This document shows positions 19,848-29,121 of a stretch of 64,000 bases of DNA, one piece after another. The notes under the pieces were generated by a model. That model ran no database searches and was not told the DNA's origin. It saw only the letters and a list, made by a program, of their open reading frames with translations. The DNA is from Treponema sp. (GTDB lineage Bacteria > Spirochaetota > Spirochaetia > Treponematales > Treponemataceae): the NCBI GenBank assembly GCA_024402655.1, contig JAKSTH010000002.1, positions 795-64,794 of the forward strand, written 5' to 3'. The translations under genes and the position numbers were made by a program. Numbering within the stretch: the first letter of the stretch is position 1; every line of letters starts with the position of its first letter.

Positions 19848-22358
19848 ATGGAAATTACATCATTAAACGGAGAATGGAAACTTACAGGGCCAAAAACTAA
19901 CTGCAGCATTACCCTTCCCGGAGATGTACATTCAACATTAATTGCTAATAATCTTATTCCAGATCCATATTATGAAAAAAATGAGTCTGATTTACTTTGG
20001 ATTGGACAAAGTCAATGGACTTTTGAAAGAGATTTTACATTTAAAAAGATTAAAGGAGCTAGAAATATCCTTGAATTTTCACAGGCAGATACATGTTTTT
20101 CAGTTTATATAAACGGATCCCTTGCTGGTAAAGGAGAAAATCAATTTAGAAGATTCCGTTTTGACATTTCTGATTTATTAAAAGACGGAAATAATAAAAT
20201 TAAATTTGTATTTGATTCTCCAGAAAAAATTGGAAAAGAAAAATATGAAAATCTTCCCTACCCGGTTCCTTTTGCAGAATATGATAATTGTTCTCCATAC
20301 CGAAACATGATTCGCAAAACCCAGTGTCATGGTGGTTGGGACTGGGGGCCAAATATTATGCCAATTGGTATCTATGAAGATATTTTCATTACTTCTGTTG
20401 CCGACGGTTTATTTAATAGTGTTAGAGTAGACTATATTCAAAACAAAAATGAATGGACTGCTCATATAAAAATTAATTATCAATCATTTAATACTTGTGT
20501 AAAAACATTTAGCCTGGCATTAAATGGTTCTGAATTTGAACCTAAAAAGATTGATGCTACTTCCAGTTTAACTTGTGGCGACAATCTTATAGAAGCAGAC
20601 ATTAAAATAACAGATCCATATATCTGGAAAACCAGTGGGGAACTAAAGCAAGCTGGACTTAAAGAAAATCAGATGTATATTCTTGAAATTACAGAAAACG
20701 ACAGTATTACAGGTCCAATTTCTATAAACAAACAAATCTGTTTTTCAAGTCTCAAAGTTGTTTCTCAAAAAGATAATTCCATGGGAAAACCAGGTCGTTC
20801 TCTTTATTTTGAAAACAATGGTCATAAGATTTTTACAAAAGGTGAAAACTGGATTCCTGTTGATGTAATTCCTTCACGCTGTACAAAAGAACGCTATGAA
20901 TATTTAATAAAATCTGCCTTTGATGCAAACTTAAACTGTATTCGTGTCTGGGGCGGCGGTATGTATGAAAAAGACTATTTTTACCAGCTTTGTGATAAAT
21001 ATGGAATTATTATCTGGCAAGATTGTATGTTTGCCTGTTCTTTATATCCAACAACCCCAGATTTCTTAAAAGAAGTTGAATTAGAATTACAATATCAAAT
21101 TCCTCGTTTACAGTCCCATCCATGTATTGGTATATGGTGCGGCAACAATGAAAATTACGGTACAATTAACTGGTTCCCAGAAATTAAAGATAACCGCGAC
21201 CGTTATTTAGTAGACTATGACCGCCTTAATTACAGCACAGTTGGTCGTGTTGTAAAAGAACTTGATCCTAAACGCCAATTCTGGCCAAGTTCACCATGTG
21301 CCGGTCCCGATGATTTTGCAGATAACTGGCATTCAGATTCCATGGGAGATATGCACTTCTGGTCGGTTTGGCACGAAAAGAAAAGTTTTGATGCATATCT
21401 TTCAATTAATCCAAGATTTGTTTCTGAATTTGGTTATGAATCTTTCCCTTCTCTTAAAACAATCAGTAGTTTTGCACAAGAAAAAGATTATAACTTTACA
21501 AGTCCAGTAATGGAATATCATCAGCGTTCAGGAAATGGTAATTCTATTATGCTTGAAATGTTCAGTAGATATTTCCGTTTTCCAAATGGCTTTGAAAATA
21601 TGATTTATTTGAGTCAGGTTCAGCAGGCTCTTGCAATTAAAACCGCTGTAGAATACTGGAAGTCTCTTATGCCACACTGTCTTGGTTCTATTATCTGGCA
21701 GTTAAATGATGTTTGGCCTTGCCCTTCATGGTCATCTATTGAATATAATGGAAGATGGAAACTGCTTCATTACGAATTACAAAAATTCTTTGATAATGTT
21801 TCAGTTTCTGCTTTTAATAAAGATGGTAAGTCAAAAATAATTGTCTGCAATGAAACTTTTGGAAAATTAAAGGCTGATTATCAGATTAAGTTTTTAAAAT
21901 TCGACGGTTCTGAATATAAAAAATCAATTCAAAAATCAATAACTTTAAACGCAGAATCTGTTACAGAGCTTTATAGTCAGGATTTTGATTCTAAAAATAA
22001 AGAAAATTCAGAATATTTTATTCAAATCACTTTAGATACAAAGGATGAATTCAATAATTATCATTGTGAAAATACTTTATTCTTAGACTTATACAAAAAA
22101 TGCAATATTGAAACTTCTTTAATAGAAAAATCAATTTCAGAAAAAAATGGAGTTTTCTATATTGAACTTTCTACAAATAAACCTGCATTTTTTGTTTCAA
22201 TTGATACTGGAGAGCTGGAAGGAAGACTTTCCACAAACATGATTACTTTAATTCCAGGAGAACCAAAAATAATAAGTTTTACTCCATCAAAACGCATTTA
22301 TCTTAATGATTTACTAAAAGAATTAAAGATTTATGATTTAAGTAATACTACGAACTAA
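19848..22358 (+). CDS. GH2 beta-mannosidase (cytoplasmic)
   Basis: RKTQCHGGWDWGP, KGENWIP, RVWGGG, WCGNNE (acid/base), RFVSEFG (nucleophile), WQLNDVWP; GGAGG SD. Confidence 0.93.
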   Translation: MEITSLNGEWKLTGPKTNCSITLPGDVHSTLIANNLIPDPYYEKNESDLLWIGQSQWTFERDFTFKKIKGARNILEFSQADTCFSVYINGSLAGKGENQFRRFRFDISDLLKDGNNKIKFVFDSPEKIGKEKYENLPYPVPFAEYDNCSPYRNMIRKTQCHGGWDWGPNIMPIGIYEDIFITSVADGLFNSVRVDYIQNKNEWTAHIKINYQSFNTCVKTFSLALNGSEFEPKKIDATSSLTCGDNLIEADIKITDPYIWKTSGELKQAGLKENQMYILEITENDSITGPISINKQICFSSLKVVSQKDNSMGKPGRSLYFENNGHKIFTKGENWIPVDVIPSRCTKERYEYLIKSAFDANLNCIRVWGGGMYEKDYFYQLCDKYGIIIWQDCMFACSLYPTTPDFLKEVELELQYQIPRLQSHPCIGIWCGNNENYGTINWFPEIKDNRDRYLVDYDRLNYSTVGRVVKELDPKRQFWPSSPCAGPDDFADNWHSDSMGDMHFWSVWHEKKSFDAYLSINPRFVSEFGYESFPSLKTISSFAQEKDYNFTSPVMEYHQRSGNGNSIMLEMFSRYFRFPNGFENMIYLSQVQQALAIKTAVEYWKSLMPHCLGSIIWQLNDVWPCPSWSSIEYNGRWKLLHYELQKFFDNVSVSAFNKDGKSKIIVCNETFGKLKADYQIKFLKFDGSEYKKSIQKSITLNAESVTELYSQDFDSKNKENSEYFIQITLDTKDEFNNYHCENTLFLDLYKKCNIETSLIEKSISEKNGVFYIELSTNKPAFFVSIDTGELEGRLSTNMITLIPGEPKIISFTPSKRIYLNDLLKELKIYDLSNTTN

Positions 22359-23272
22359 AGCCTGGGAAGAATTAAATCACAAAAAATCATGTAAAAAAAT
22401 GAAAGAATAATACCCGCTATACAGGATTGATTAATAACTTTTTCATTCTGTAAACGGGTATTTTTTTCTTCATCTCCCCTTTCTTCACTTTTCTTTATTC
22501 CATTAAAAATTGGGATTGAAATTAAAACCGAAAAAACTGAAATAATCAAAAATATAATTAATAACATTAATTTAATATTTAAATTCATTTCAAAAACAGA
22601 TACTGATTCATTTTCAGTATTTTTTGATTTTACCATGAAAAGAACAGTAGGCAAATTAATTACAAAATGCATAAAAAAGGATGAATAAATACTTTTACTG
22701 TAATACTTTGCCAGTGCTAAAAATATTCCTATAACAAATGCATAACAAAATTGATTTATATTCATATGAATTAAAGCAAACATTAAACTAGAAAGACATG
22801 CTGCTTTAATGAGAGAAGTGATTTTTTTATAACCATTAAAAAAGAATCCTCTAAAACACAATTCTTCAACAAAAGGTCCAAATATTGTCATGGAAATAAA
22901 TAGAATAATAGGATTAGCCTTACTAAAAGCTTCTTGACTTCTTACTACAACATTTGGCACAAAAAATTGAGAAATCAGATTACAGCAGGCAATAATTGGC
23001 CAAATATCAATAACTAAAATAAAACATAAGAAAAGAGTCTTTATTCTAATTTTATTAAAACCAAATCTTTCTTTAAAATTACTTTTGTTTGCAATGATAT
23101 AAGGAATCATAGGAATAAGAATTAATAATTCCATTAGAAAATTACTAAAAGTAACAGGTAATGAAATATTAAAATCTGTGTATAAATTCCTAAAAGTTAT
23201 TGAAAGAAAAACTATTGCAAAAAAAGTATTACCATAGGTTTTAATTTCATTTTTTAATTCAATTGAATCCAT
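22355..23272 (-). CDS. CPBP family intramembrane glutamic endopeptidase
   Basis: EELCFRG, FALIH, HFVIN; multi-TM. Confidence 0.88.
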   Translation of the reverse strand: MDSIELKNEIKTYGNTFFAIVFLSITFRNLYTDFNISLPVTFSNFLMELLILIPMIPYIIANKSNFKERFGFNKIRIKTLFLCFILVIDIWPIIACCNLISQFFVPNVVVRSQEAFSKANPIILFISMTIFGPFVEELCFRGFFFNGYKKITSLIKAACLSSLMFALIHMNINQFCYAFVIGIFLALAKYYSKSIYSSFFMHFVINLPTVLFMVKSKNTENESVSVFEMNLNIKLMLLIIFLIISVFSVLISIPIFNGIKKSEERGDEEKNTRLQNEKVINQSCIAGIILSFFYMIFCDLILPRL

Positions 23273-23290
23273 TATTGTTTTATAGAATGA

Positions 23291-24613
23291 TTATTCATCA
23301 TCGCCTTTATAGTTTTCAAATTTACTGTAAGCTGGAACAAACATAATCTTAATGTCGCCAGTAGGACCGTTTCGCTGTTTAGCAAGAATAATTTTTGCTT
23401 CCTGAACTGGAGTTTCTTCTTTTAGACGATCACGGTGTAAGAACATAACAACATCGGCATCCTGTTCAATAGAACCAGAACCACGAAGCTGAGCAAGATT
23501 AGGCTCCTGACCTTCTGCATCACGGGCAACCTGACACAAAACAACAATTGGGATTTCCAATTCACGGGCTAAAGCTTTAAGAGATTTTGAAATTTCGGAA
23601 ATCTGTTCCCAGGTTTCTTTTTTACTGTTATCAGTTGTAATTAAACCAATATAGTCAATGAAAATGATTTTTACATCAAAGTTTGCAACCATACGGCGTG
23701 CCATAGCTCTTAAATCAAGAAGACGCATATTTGGAGTATCTACAGTATACAAAGGAGCTCCATACCATCTTCCAGCAGCATCCTGAATCTTTTTAACATC
23801 ATCAAGTTTAAGCATACCAGAACGCATACGAGACATATTAACACGAGCTTCCTGAGATAAAATACGCATACCAATAGATTCATAAGGCATTTCCAATGAG
23901 AAAAATCCACAAGGAATCTTTTTTTCCATGGCAATATGATGCATCATGGAAAGTGCAAGGGCTGTTTTACCAATAGAAGGACGGGCACCAATAATAATCA
24001 ATTCAGATTTCTGAAAGCCAGAAGTCATAGTATCAAGATATGCAAATCCAGATGGAACACCAGTAAACTGATTTTTATTTCTGTAACGGCTGTCTATGAT
24101 TTCAATTTCTTTAATCATAACATCTTTTGCTGCATGAATTTCGATAGTATCATTTTTATCTGTAAGTGCAAAAATCTTCTGTTCAGCATTATCAAGCAAT
24201 TCACCTGTATCACGGTTTAATTCAAAAGCAGATGCCTTTAATTCTGAAGAGATTTTAATTAATTCACGACGAGCAGCACGGTCTAAAACCATCTGGGAAT
24301 AATATTCAATGTTAGCAGCAGAAGGAACAGTATCTGTTAAAGAAGCTACATAAGCAGTTCCGCCTGCCTGTTCAAGTTTACCAGAAACATTAAGCTCGTT
24401 TATTAAAGAAAGAGTATCCCCTTTTACATGTTTATTATAAAGAGTAATAAGAGCATCATAAATTGTCTGGTTCTGTAAAGAGTAAAAATGTTCGGCACGA
24501 ACTTTTGAAACAACATCAGACATGGCATCCCAGTTTAATAAAAGAGCACCAAGTACGGCCTGTTCCGATTCTATATTGTGTGGTGGAACTTTATCTATTA
24601 ATGTTGAATCCAT
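23291..24613 (-). CDS. dnaB: Replicative DNA helicase
   Basis: PPHNIESEQAVLG, GARPSIGKT, FSLEM, IDYIGL, LRGSGSIEQDAD, KQRNGPTG. Confidence 0.97.
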   Translation of the reverse strand: MDSTLIDKVPPHNIESEQAVLGALLLNWDAMSDVVSKVRAEHFYSLQNQTIYDALITLYNKHVKGDTLSLINELNVSGKLEQAGGTAYVASLTDTVPSAANIEYYSQMVLDRAARRELIKISSELKASAFELNRDTGELLDNAEQKIFALTDKNDTIEIHAAKDVMIKEIEIIDSRYRNKNQFTGVPSGFAYLDTMTSGFQKSELIIIGARPSIGKTALALSMMHHIAMEKKIPCGFFSLEMPYESIGMRILSQEARVNMSRMRSGMLKLDDVKKIQDAAGRWYGAPLYTVDTPNMRLLDLRAMARRMVANFDVKIIFIDYIGLITTDNSKKETWEQISEISKSLKALARELEIPIVVLCQVARDAEGQEPNLAQLRGSGSIEQDADVVMFLHRDRLKEETPVQEAKIILAKQRNGPTGDIKIMFVPAYSKFENYKGDDE

Positions 24614-24640
24614 TTTTTACTCCTAAAATTAATATATTGG

Positions 24641-24676
24641 AAAAAAAAGCCGGTACTTAAAAAAAGGACCGGCTTT
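24641..24676 (-). terminator. Intrinsic terminator after rplI, upstream of dnaB
   Basis: AAAGCCGGT...ACCGGCTTT with a U8 tract on the minus strand. Confidence 0.8.
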
Positions 24677-24697
24677 ATAAAGAAGTAGTAAACTTAA

Positions 24698-25213
24698 TTA
24701 GTTAGCAGCTTCTTTTGTTTCTGCTTTTTCAGCAGCTTTATCTTTAGCAGCTTTTTCTTCAGCTGTTTCCTGAGCTTTTACAACTACATGGATTTCAGCT
24801 GACTGAGCTTCATAAAGTTTAACTGTAGCTTTGTATGTACCAACAGTTTTGATAGTAATACCAGCAAGTTCGATTCTTTTTCTTTCGATATCGAAACCAA
24901 GTTTTGCAAGAGCGTCAGCAATTACGTGTGTTGTAACAGCACCGTAAAGTTTACCGTTTGCTCCAGCTGGCATTTCAACTTCGATTGAAGCAGCTTCAAG
25001 TTTTTCTTTAAGGCTAGCAGAATCTTTTCTTTTCTGTTCTTTTTTAGCTTCGATTTCAGCTTTTCTAGCTTCAAACATCATTACTGTAGCTTCATTGTAA
25101 GGTACAGCAAGGTTACGTGGAAGAAGGAAGTTACGAGCATAACCATTAGCTACGTTTTTTACATCGCCTTCTTCACCAAGTGATTTAACGTCTACGTTAA
25201 GAATTACTTTCAT
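24698..25213 (-). CDS. rplI: 50S ribosomal protein L9
   Basis: MKVIL, GYARNFLLP, GKLYGAVT. Confidence 0.97.
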   Translation of the reverse strand: MKVILNVDVKSLGEEGDVKNVANGYARNFLLPRNLAVPYNEATVMMFEARKAEIEAKKEQKRKDSASLKEKLEAASIEVEMPAGANGKLYGAVTTHVIADALAKLGFDIERKRIELAGITIKTVGTYKATVKLYEAQSAEIHVVVKAQETAEEKAAKDKAAEKAETKEAAN

Positions 25214-25288
25214 TTTTCAAGCTCCTCTTTATTTTTTATACGGTGCGTCACCAGGAGTTGGATCGTACCGTATTTGTTTATAATTTAA

Positions 25289-25624
25289 TTAGTCTGCTAC
25301 GTATGGAAGAAGACAAATTGCTCTTGCGCGTTTGATTGCTTTTGCAACTTCACGCTGGTGTTTTGCACATGTACCTGTAATACGACGTGGGAGGATTTTA
25401 CCTCTTTCTGTCATATAACGGCGCAAAGAATCAGCTTCTTTGTAGTCAATTTTTGCTTTGTTTGCACAGAAGCGACATACCTTCTTGCGGAAGTATGTTT
25501 TAGCCTTTGAACGGCCATCACGATCGTCTTCACGACCTTCGTTTTCTGCAGTAACTTCGTTCATTGAAGCTTCCTGAGACATCATATCCTGTTTTTCTTC
25601 CATTTCTTTCATTTCTTCAGACAT
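25289..25624 (-). CDS. rpsR: 30S ribosomal protein S18 (Zn-type, acidic N-terminal extension)
   Basis: [35 protein letters not shown]. Confidence 0.97.
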   Translation of the reverse strand: MSEEMKEMEEKQDMMSQEASMNEVTAENEGREDDRDGRSKAKTYFRKKVCRFCANKAKIDYKEADSLRRYMTERGKILPRRITGTCAKHQREVAKAIKRARAICLLPYVAD

Positions 25625-25639
25625 TTTTATCTCCTAATA

Positions 25640-26119
25640 TTAGAATGGGATATCTTCAGGGAAATCGCTACCAGTATCTCCATAAGAATCCTGGTAATTA
25701 TTTGAATACATATTCTGAGCAGGAGCACTGTTAATCTGCTGGAATCTTGGAGCACCCCCAGAAGGTTGACTTCCTTCAGCTTTTCCACCAAGTAACTGTA
25801 CATTATTAGCAACAATTGTTACTTTGCTCATTTTCTGACCGTCTTTTTCCCAACGATCCTGTTTCAAATAACCTTCTACACAAATCTGCTTACCTTTTAA
25901 TAAATAAGGTTTTAAATTTTCAGCAGTTTTTCCCCAAATTGTTATATCAAAATAGTTAACTTCATCAACCCACTGTTCACCATTTTTACGGCTTCTATTA
26001 ACAGCAATACTCACGTTTGCTCTAGCCTGTCCATTTGCAACATAACCAAAGCTTCTTTCATCTTCGCCAAGGTCTCTTGTAAGTCTACCAATAAGAACAA
26101 CATGATTTAAGTCTGTCAT
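25640..26119 (-). CDS. ssb: Single-stranded DNA-binding protein
   Basis: NHVVLIGRLTRD; C-terminal EDIPF. Confidence 0.97.
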   Translation of the reverse strand: MTDLNHVVLIGRLTRDLGEDERSFGYVANGQARANVSIAVNRSRKNGEQWVDEVNYFDITIWGKTAENLKPYLLKGKQICVEGYLKQDRWEKDGQKMSKVTIVANNVQLLGGKAEGSQPSGGAPRFQQINSAPAQNMYSNNYQDSYGDTGSDFPEDIPF

Positions 26120-26158
26120 TTAGCACTCCTAATGATTATATTTGGGTTTCAGTTAATC

Positions 26159-26446
26159 TTAGTTTTTTTCATCCAGTTTAACAAACTGATATTTTAAGAT
26201 GTTCTGGTTGATTTTGAATTCTTTTTCAACTTCAACAAGTTTTGCTGGGTTGATTTTCAAAGTTGTAAGAACGAAGTGTCCTTTTCTGTTTTTCTTGATT
26301 TCGTAAGTAAGATCGCGGTCACCGAATACTTTTTCAGCTTCGATTTCTGCACCGAATTTTGCAAGTGTGCTTTTTACTTCTTCAGCACCTTTCTTTGACT
26401 TTTCATCTTCGAGTGGATAAATTGTCATAAGTTCATACTTTTTCAT
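26159..26446 (-). CDS. rpsF: 30S ribosomal protein S6
   Basis: KKYELMTI, GDRDLTYEIKK, GHF; first gene of rpsF-ssb-rpsR-rplI. Confidence 0.95.
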   Translation of the reverse strand: MKKYELMTIYPLEDEKSKKGAEEVKSTLAKFGAEIEAEKVFGDRDLTYEIKKNRKGHFVLTTLKINPAKLVEVEKEFKINQNILKYQFVKLDEKN

Positions 26447-26560
26447 AAGTATCTCCTAATTTTTTGTTCCGGAAATATTTCCAGAATTAATCGGAGGACA
26501 GTAATACAATCTCATAATCAACGATTCTCGATTGTAAAATAAAAACCAGCGGCTTTTATT

Positions 26561-26608
26561 CCTCCTTATGGTCTACGGAAATTCCTGTTACAGAATCCCA
26601 AGGGGTGT
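26561..26608 (-). ncRNA. S6:S18 ribosomal protein leader (cis-regulatory RNA)
   Basis: CCCCUUG-[GGAUUCUG UAA CAGGAAUUU]-CCG-UAGACC-AU-AAGGAGG: P1 CCUU/AAGG and the conserved unpaired CCG, directly after the rpsF promoter. Confidence 0.75.
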
Positions 26609-26614
26609 CTTTAC

Positions 26615-26643
26615 AATATATCTGAAAATACAGTTAGGGTCAA
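26615..26643 (-). promoter_or_regulatory. Sigma70 promoter of the rpsF operon
   Basis: TTGACC-17-TATATT. Confidence 0.8.
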
Positions 26644-26695
26644 TATTCACCTTCAATATTGCCCGATTCTTTTTTATCATATATAATGATTTTAT

Positions 26696-28135
26696 ATGAA
26701 AATACGGCTTTTCAACAGAACTCTTACACTTATAATTTCCCTTTTTATTTTTTTGTATGCAACTCCTGTTTTTGCCAAAGAAACCTTAAAACTTCCACAG
26801 GATATTCAGGACAAAATTTCTGCCACTCCTGCTACAAAAGCAAGCTGGTACATCAGAAAAGCCAGCAGTTCGAAAGCGGGAAAAGTTGTTTATGGACCTT
26901 TTGAAACAAAAGAACAGGCTATTATTGTCTGGCAGTATTTTAATATTCCAGAAAGTAAAGCTCATTGTATTGCAAAAAATGACAGTTTTATTACAAGAAC
27001 TCCATCTGTTTTTTACAGAAAAGAAATGGATTTATTAAAAGTTCAGGTTGCCGAATATGGAATGCTTGCTGTTTTAGATAATCTTTTCCTTGGAATCTCT
27101 TATGAAGATTCTGCTACAGAAGTACCTTCAGTTAAAGAAACCCCAGTTGTTGAAAACAAAACCACAAAACCAGAGGTTGTTGAAAAAACACCAGAAATTG
27201 TTGAAAAAGCACCAGAAATTGTTGAAAAATCAGTTGAAATTGAAAAAAATCCTGAAGTTGTAGAAAAAAAATCAGAACCAATAATCAAAACAGCTGAAGA
27301 AGTTGAAAAAAATTCCGCTTCTGAAAACAAATCTTTGGTTAAAAATGAACAGTCAATCATTGCTAAAGAAGAAGTGAAAGAAGCTATAATTCCAGAAACT
27401 GTAATACAGGAAAACGAACCAATTGTAAGATACAAAAAAGAGTATTTACAGGATTATGCTCCAATAAAAACAGCACCACTTCCTTCTGACGAAGAAGAAA
27501 TTGTTGAATATAAAGTTGAAAATCCTGATGCTGCAGATGTTTCAGGCAGAACCCTTTTAATGAAAGCATGCGAAACGGGAAATGACTGGGAAATCACAAA
27601 TCTTATTAAATCTGGTGCCAATGTAAATCTAAAAGATAAAGACGGCTGGACTGCTCTTATGTATGCAGTAAGATACCAGCAGAATATTGCAGTTGTAAAA
27701 AGTCTTATAAATGCAGGCGCACAAATTAAAGCTAAAAACAATTATGGACTAACAGCCTTACTTTTAGCAGCAACCTATAATGACAATCCTGAAATTTTAA
27801 AACAGATTGTAAGCAAATATTCTATTTCAGAAAAAGAACTTTTACAGTCATTTATTCAGGTTTTAAGCAGTAATACAGGCAGTGAATATTCAACAGCTGC
27901 AAAAGTTCAGGTTTATATTGATCTGGGACTTCCTTTGAATGTTTTCTATCAGGGAAAAACACCTTTAATGTATGCTGCTAGTTTTACAAAATCTACTAAG
28001 ATAATTAAACTTCTTTTACAAAACGGTGCTCAAACAGCAATTCGTTCAACAGAAGGAAAAACAGCATTTGATTATGCTGCTGAAAATAAAGCTCTGCCAC
28101 ATGATGAATATTATTGGGCATTAAATCAAAAGTAA
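26696..28135 (+). CDS. Secreted ankyrin-repeat protein with SPOR-like N-terminal segment and repeat linker
   Basis: Signal peptide (VFA-K); YGPFETKEQA; GRTLLMKA, GWTALMYA, GLTALLLA, GKTPLMYA, GKTAFDYA. Confidence 0.85.
   Translation: MKIRLFNRTLTLIISLFIFLYATPVFAKETLKLPQDIQDKISATPATKASWYIRKASSSKAGKVVYGPFETKEQAIIVWQYFNIPESKAHCIAKNDSFITRTPSVFYRKEMDLLKVQVAEYGMLAVLDNLFLGISYEDSATEVPSVKETPVVENKTTKPEVVEKTPEIVEKAPEIVEKSVEIEKNPEVVEKKSEPIIKTAEEVEKNSASENKSLVKNEQSIIAKEEVKEAIIPETVIQENEPIVRYKKEYLQDYAPIKTAPLPSDEEEIVEYKVENPDAADVSGRTLLMKACETGNDWEITNLIKSGANVNLKDKDGWTALMYAVRYQQNIAVVKSLINAGAQIKAKNNYGLTALLLAATYNDNPEILKQIVSKYSISEKELLQSFIQVLSSNTGSEYSTAAKVQVYIDLGLPLNVFYQGKTPLMYAASFTKSTKIIKLLLQNGAQTAIRSTEGKTAFDYAAENKALPHDEYYWALNQK
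27170..27271 (+). repeat. 21-bp coding tandem repeat (PE[VI]VEKx), 3 near-perfect and 2 degenerate copies
   Basis: ccagaggttgttgaaaaaaca / ccagaaattgttgaaaaagca / ccagaaattgttgaaaaatca / gttgaaattgaaaaaaat / cctgaagttgtagaaaaaaaa. Confidence 0.85.
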
Positions 28136-28146
28136 CGGATAACAAA

Positions 28147-28695
28147 ATGAGAATTACAGGTGGAAAACTTAAAGGTAGAATTATAAAATGTCCTGATGGT
28201 GTAATTAGACCAGCAATGGACCGAATGCGGGAATCTGTTTTTTCAATTTTAGGAGATTTATCTGGAAAATCCTGGTTAGATTTATTTTCTGGTTCTGGAA
28301 CAATTGCAATTGAAGCAGTTTCTCGCGGTGCTTCCCATGTTGAACTTTGTGAAAAAGATAGAATTAAAGTAAATACAGTTTTAGATAATGTAAAAGTGGC
28401 TGAAGAAGAATGTAATGTAAAAATTCAGTGTCACTTTATGCCTGTAGAATATTTTATAAAAAGATGCAAAAACAGTTTTGATTTTATATTTTTTGATCCA
28501 CCTTTCCCTTATCGTTTTCATGAACAGCTGGTAAAACAAGCCGATGAAAAAGGCATTTTAAATAAGACAGGCACAATTCTTGTTCACAGACCTGAAGAAC
28601 ATTTTATGCCAGATACAATTGGAAACCTTACAAGAACAGATCAGAGAGTTTATGGCCGTTCAATTGTTGATTTTTATACATATAAACAAGATTAA
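28147..28695 (+). CDS. rsmD: 16S rRNA m2G966 methyltransferase
   Basis: MRITGGKLKGR, RPAMDRMRESVF, LDLFSGSG, EAVSRGA, DPPF. Confidence 0.93.
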   Translation: MRITGGKLKGRIIKCPDGVIRPAMDRMRESVFSILGDLSGKSWLDLFSGSGTIAIEAVSRGASHVELCEKDRIKVNTVLDNVKVAEEECNVKIQCHFMPVEYFIKRCKNSFDFIFFDPPFPYRFHEQLVKQADEKGILNKTGTILVHRPEEHFMPDTIGNLTRTDQRVYGRSIVDFYTYKQD

Positions 28696-28754
28696 ACGGG
28701 TCATGTTGACATTGTATTAAATTTTGTTAAAATGTTATATTATATAGTAAAACA

Positions 28755-29114
28755 ATGAAAAAAAGAGATGAACTAGAAAAAGAATTTAAAAAAACCGTCG
28801 AAGAAAATCGCACCCCAGATGGTTTTATTAAAGTCACAGACAATCCAGTCTCAGGATTAACTTCCGAACAGAAAGTAATCTTAAACCGAAAAGCAAATGT
28901 CATGTTCAATTCTGGCAACATTGAAGATGCCCGCCGTATTTTTATTACAACCGGCTACTCCGATGGTCTCACTCGAGTTGGCAATTACTATATGAATAAA
29001 AATCAGGATTTAAAAGCATTAAAAGCTTATTGTCTTGCACATAATAAAAGAGAAGCCGAACCAATTTACGAAAATATTGCAAAGGTCATTTCTTCACTGA
29101 TTAAGGAGAACTAG
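28755..29114 (+). CDS. Hypothetical helical (TPR-like) protein
   Basis: LNRKANVMFNSGNIEDARRIF; TTGACA-16-TAAAAT promoter at 28706-28733. Confidence 0.75.
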   Translation: MKKRDELEKEFKKTVEENRTPDGFIKVTDNPVSGLTSEQKVILNRKANVMFNSGNIEDARRIFITTGYSDGLTRVGNYYMNKNQDLKALKAYCLAHNKREAEPIYENIAKVISSLIKEN

Positions 29115-29121
29115 TTTAATT

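Noticed and set aside
22355-23272. CPBP ('Abi') protease as a phage-defence gene
   Set aside because: The Abi label is a historical misnomer for this family, and there is no defence-island context.
27170-27271. Repeats as a CRISPR array
   Set aside because: They are in-frame tandem coding repeats with no spacers and no cas genes.
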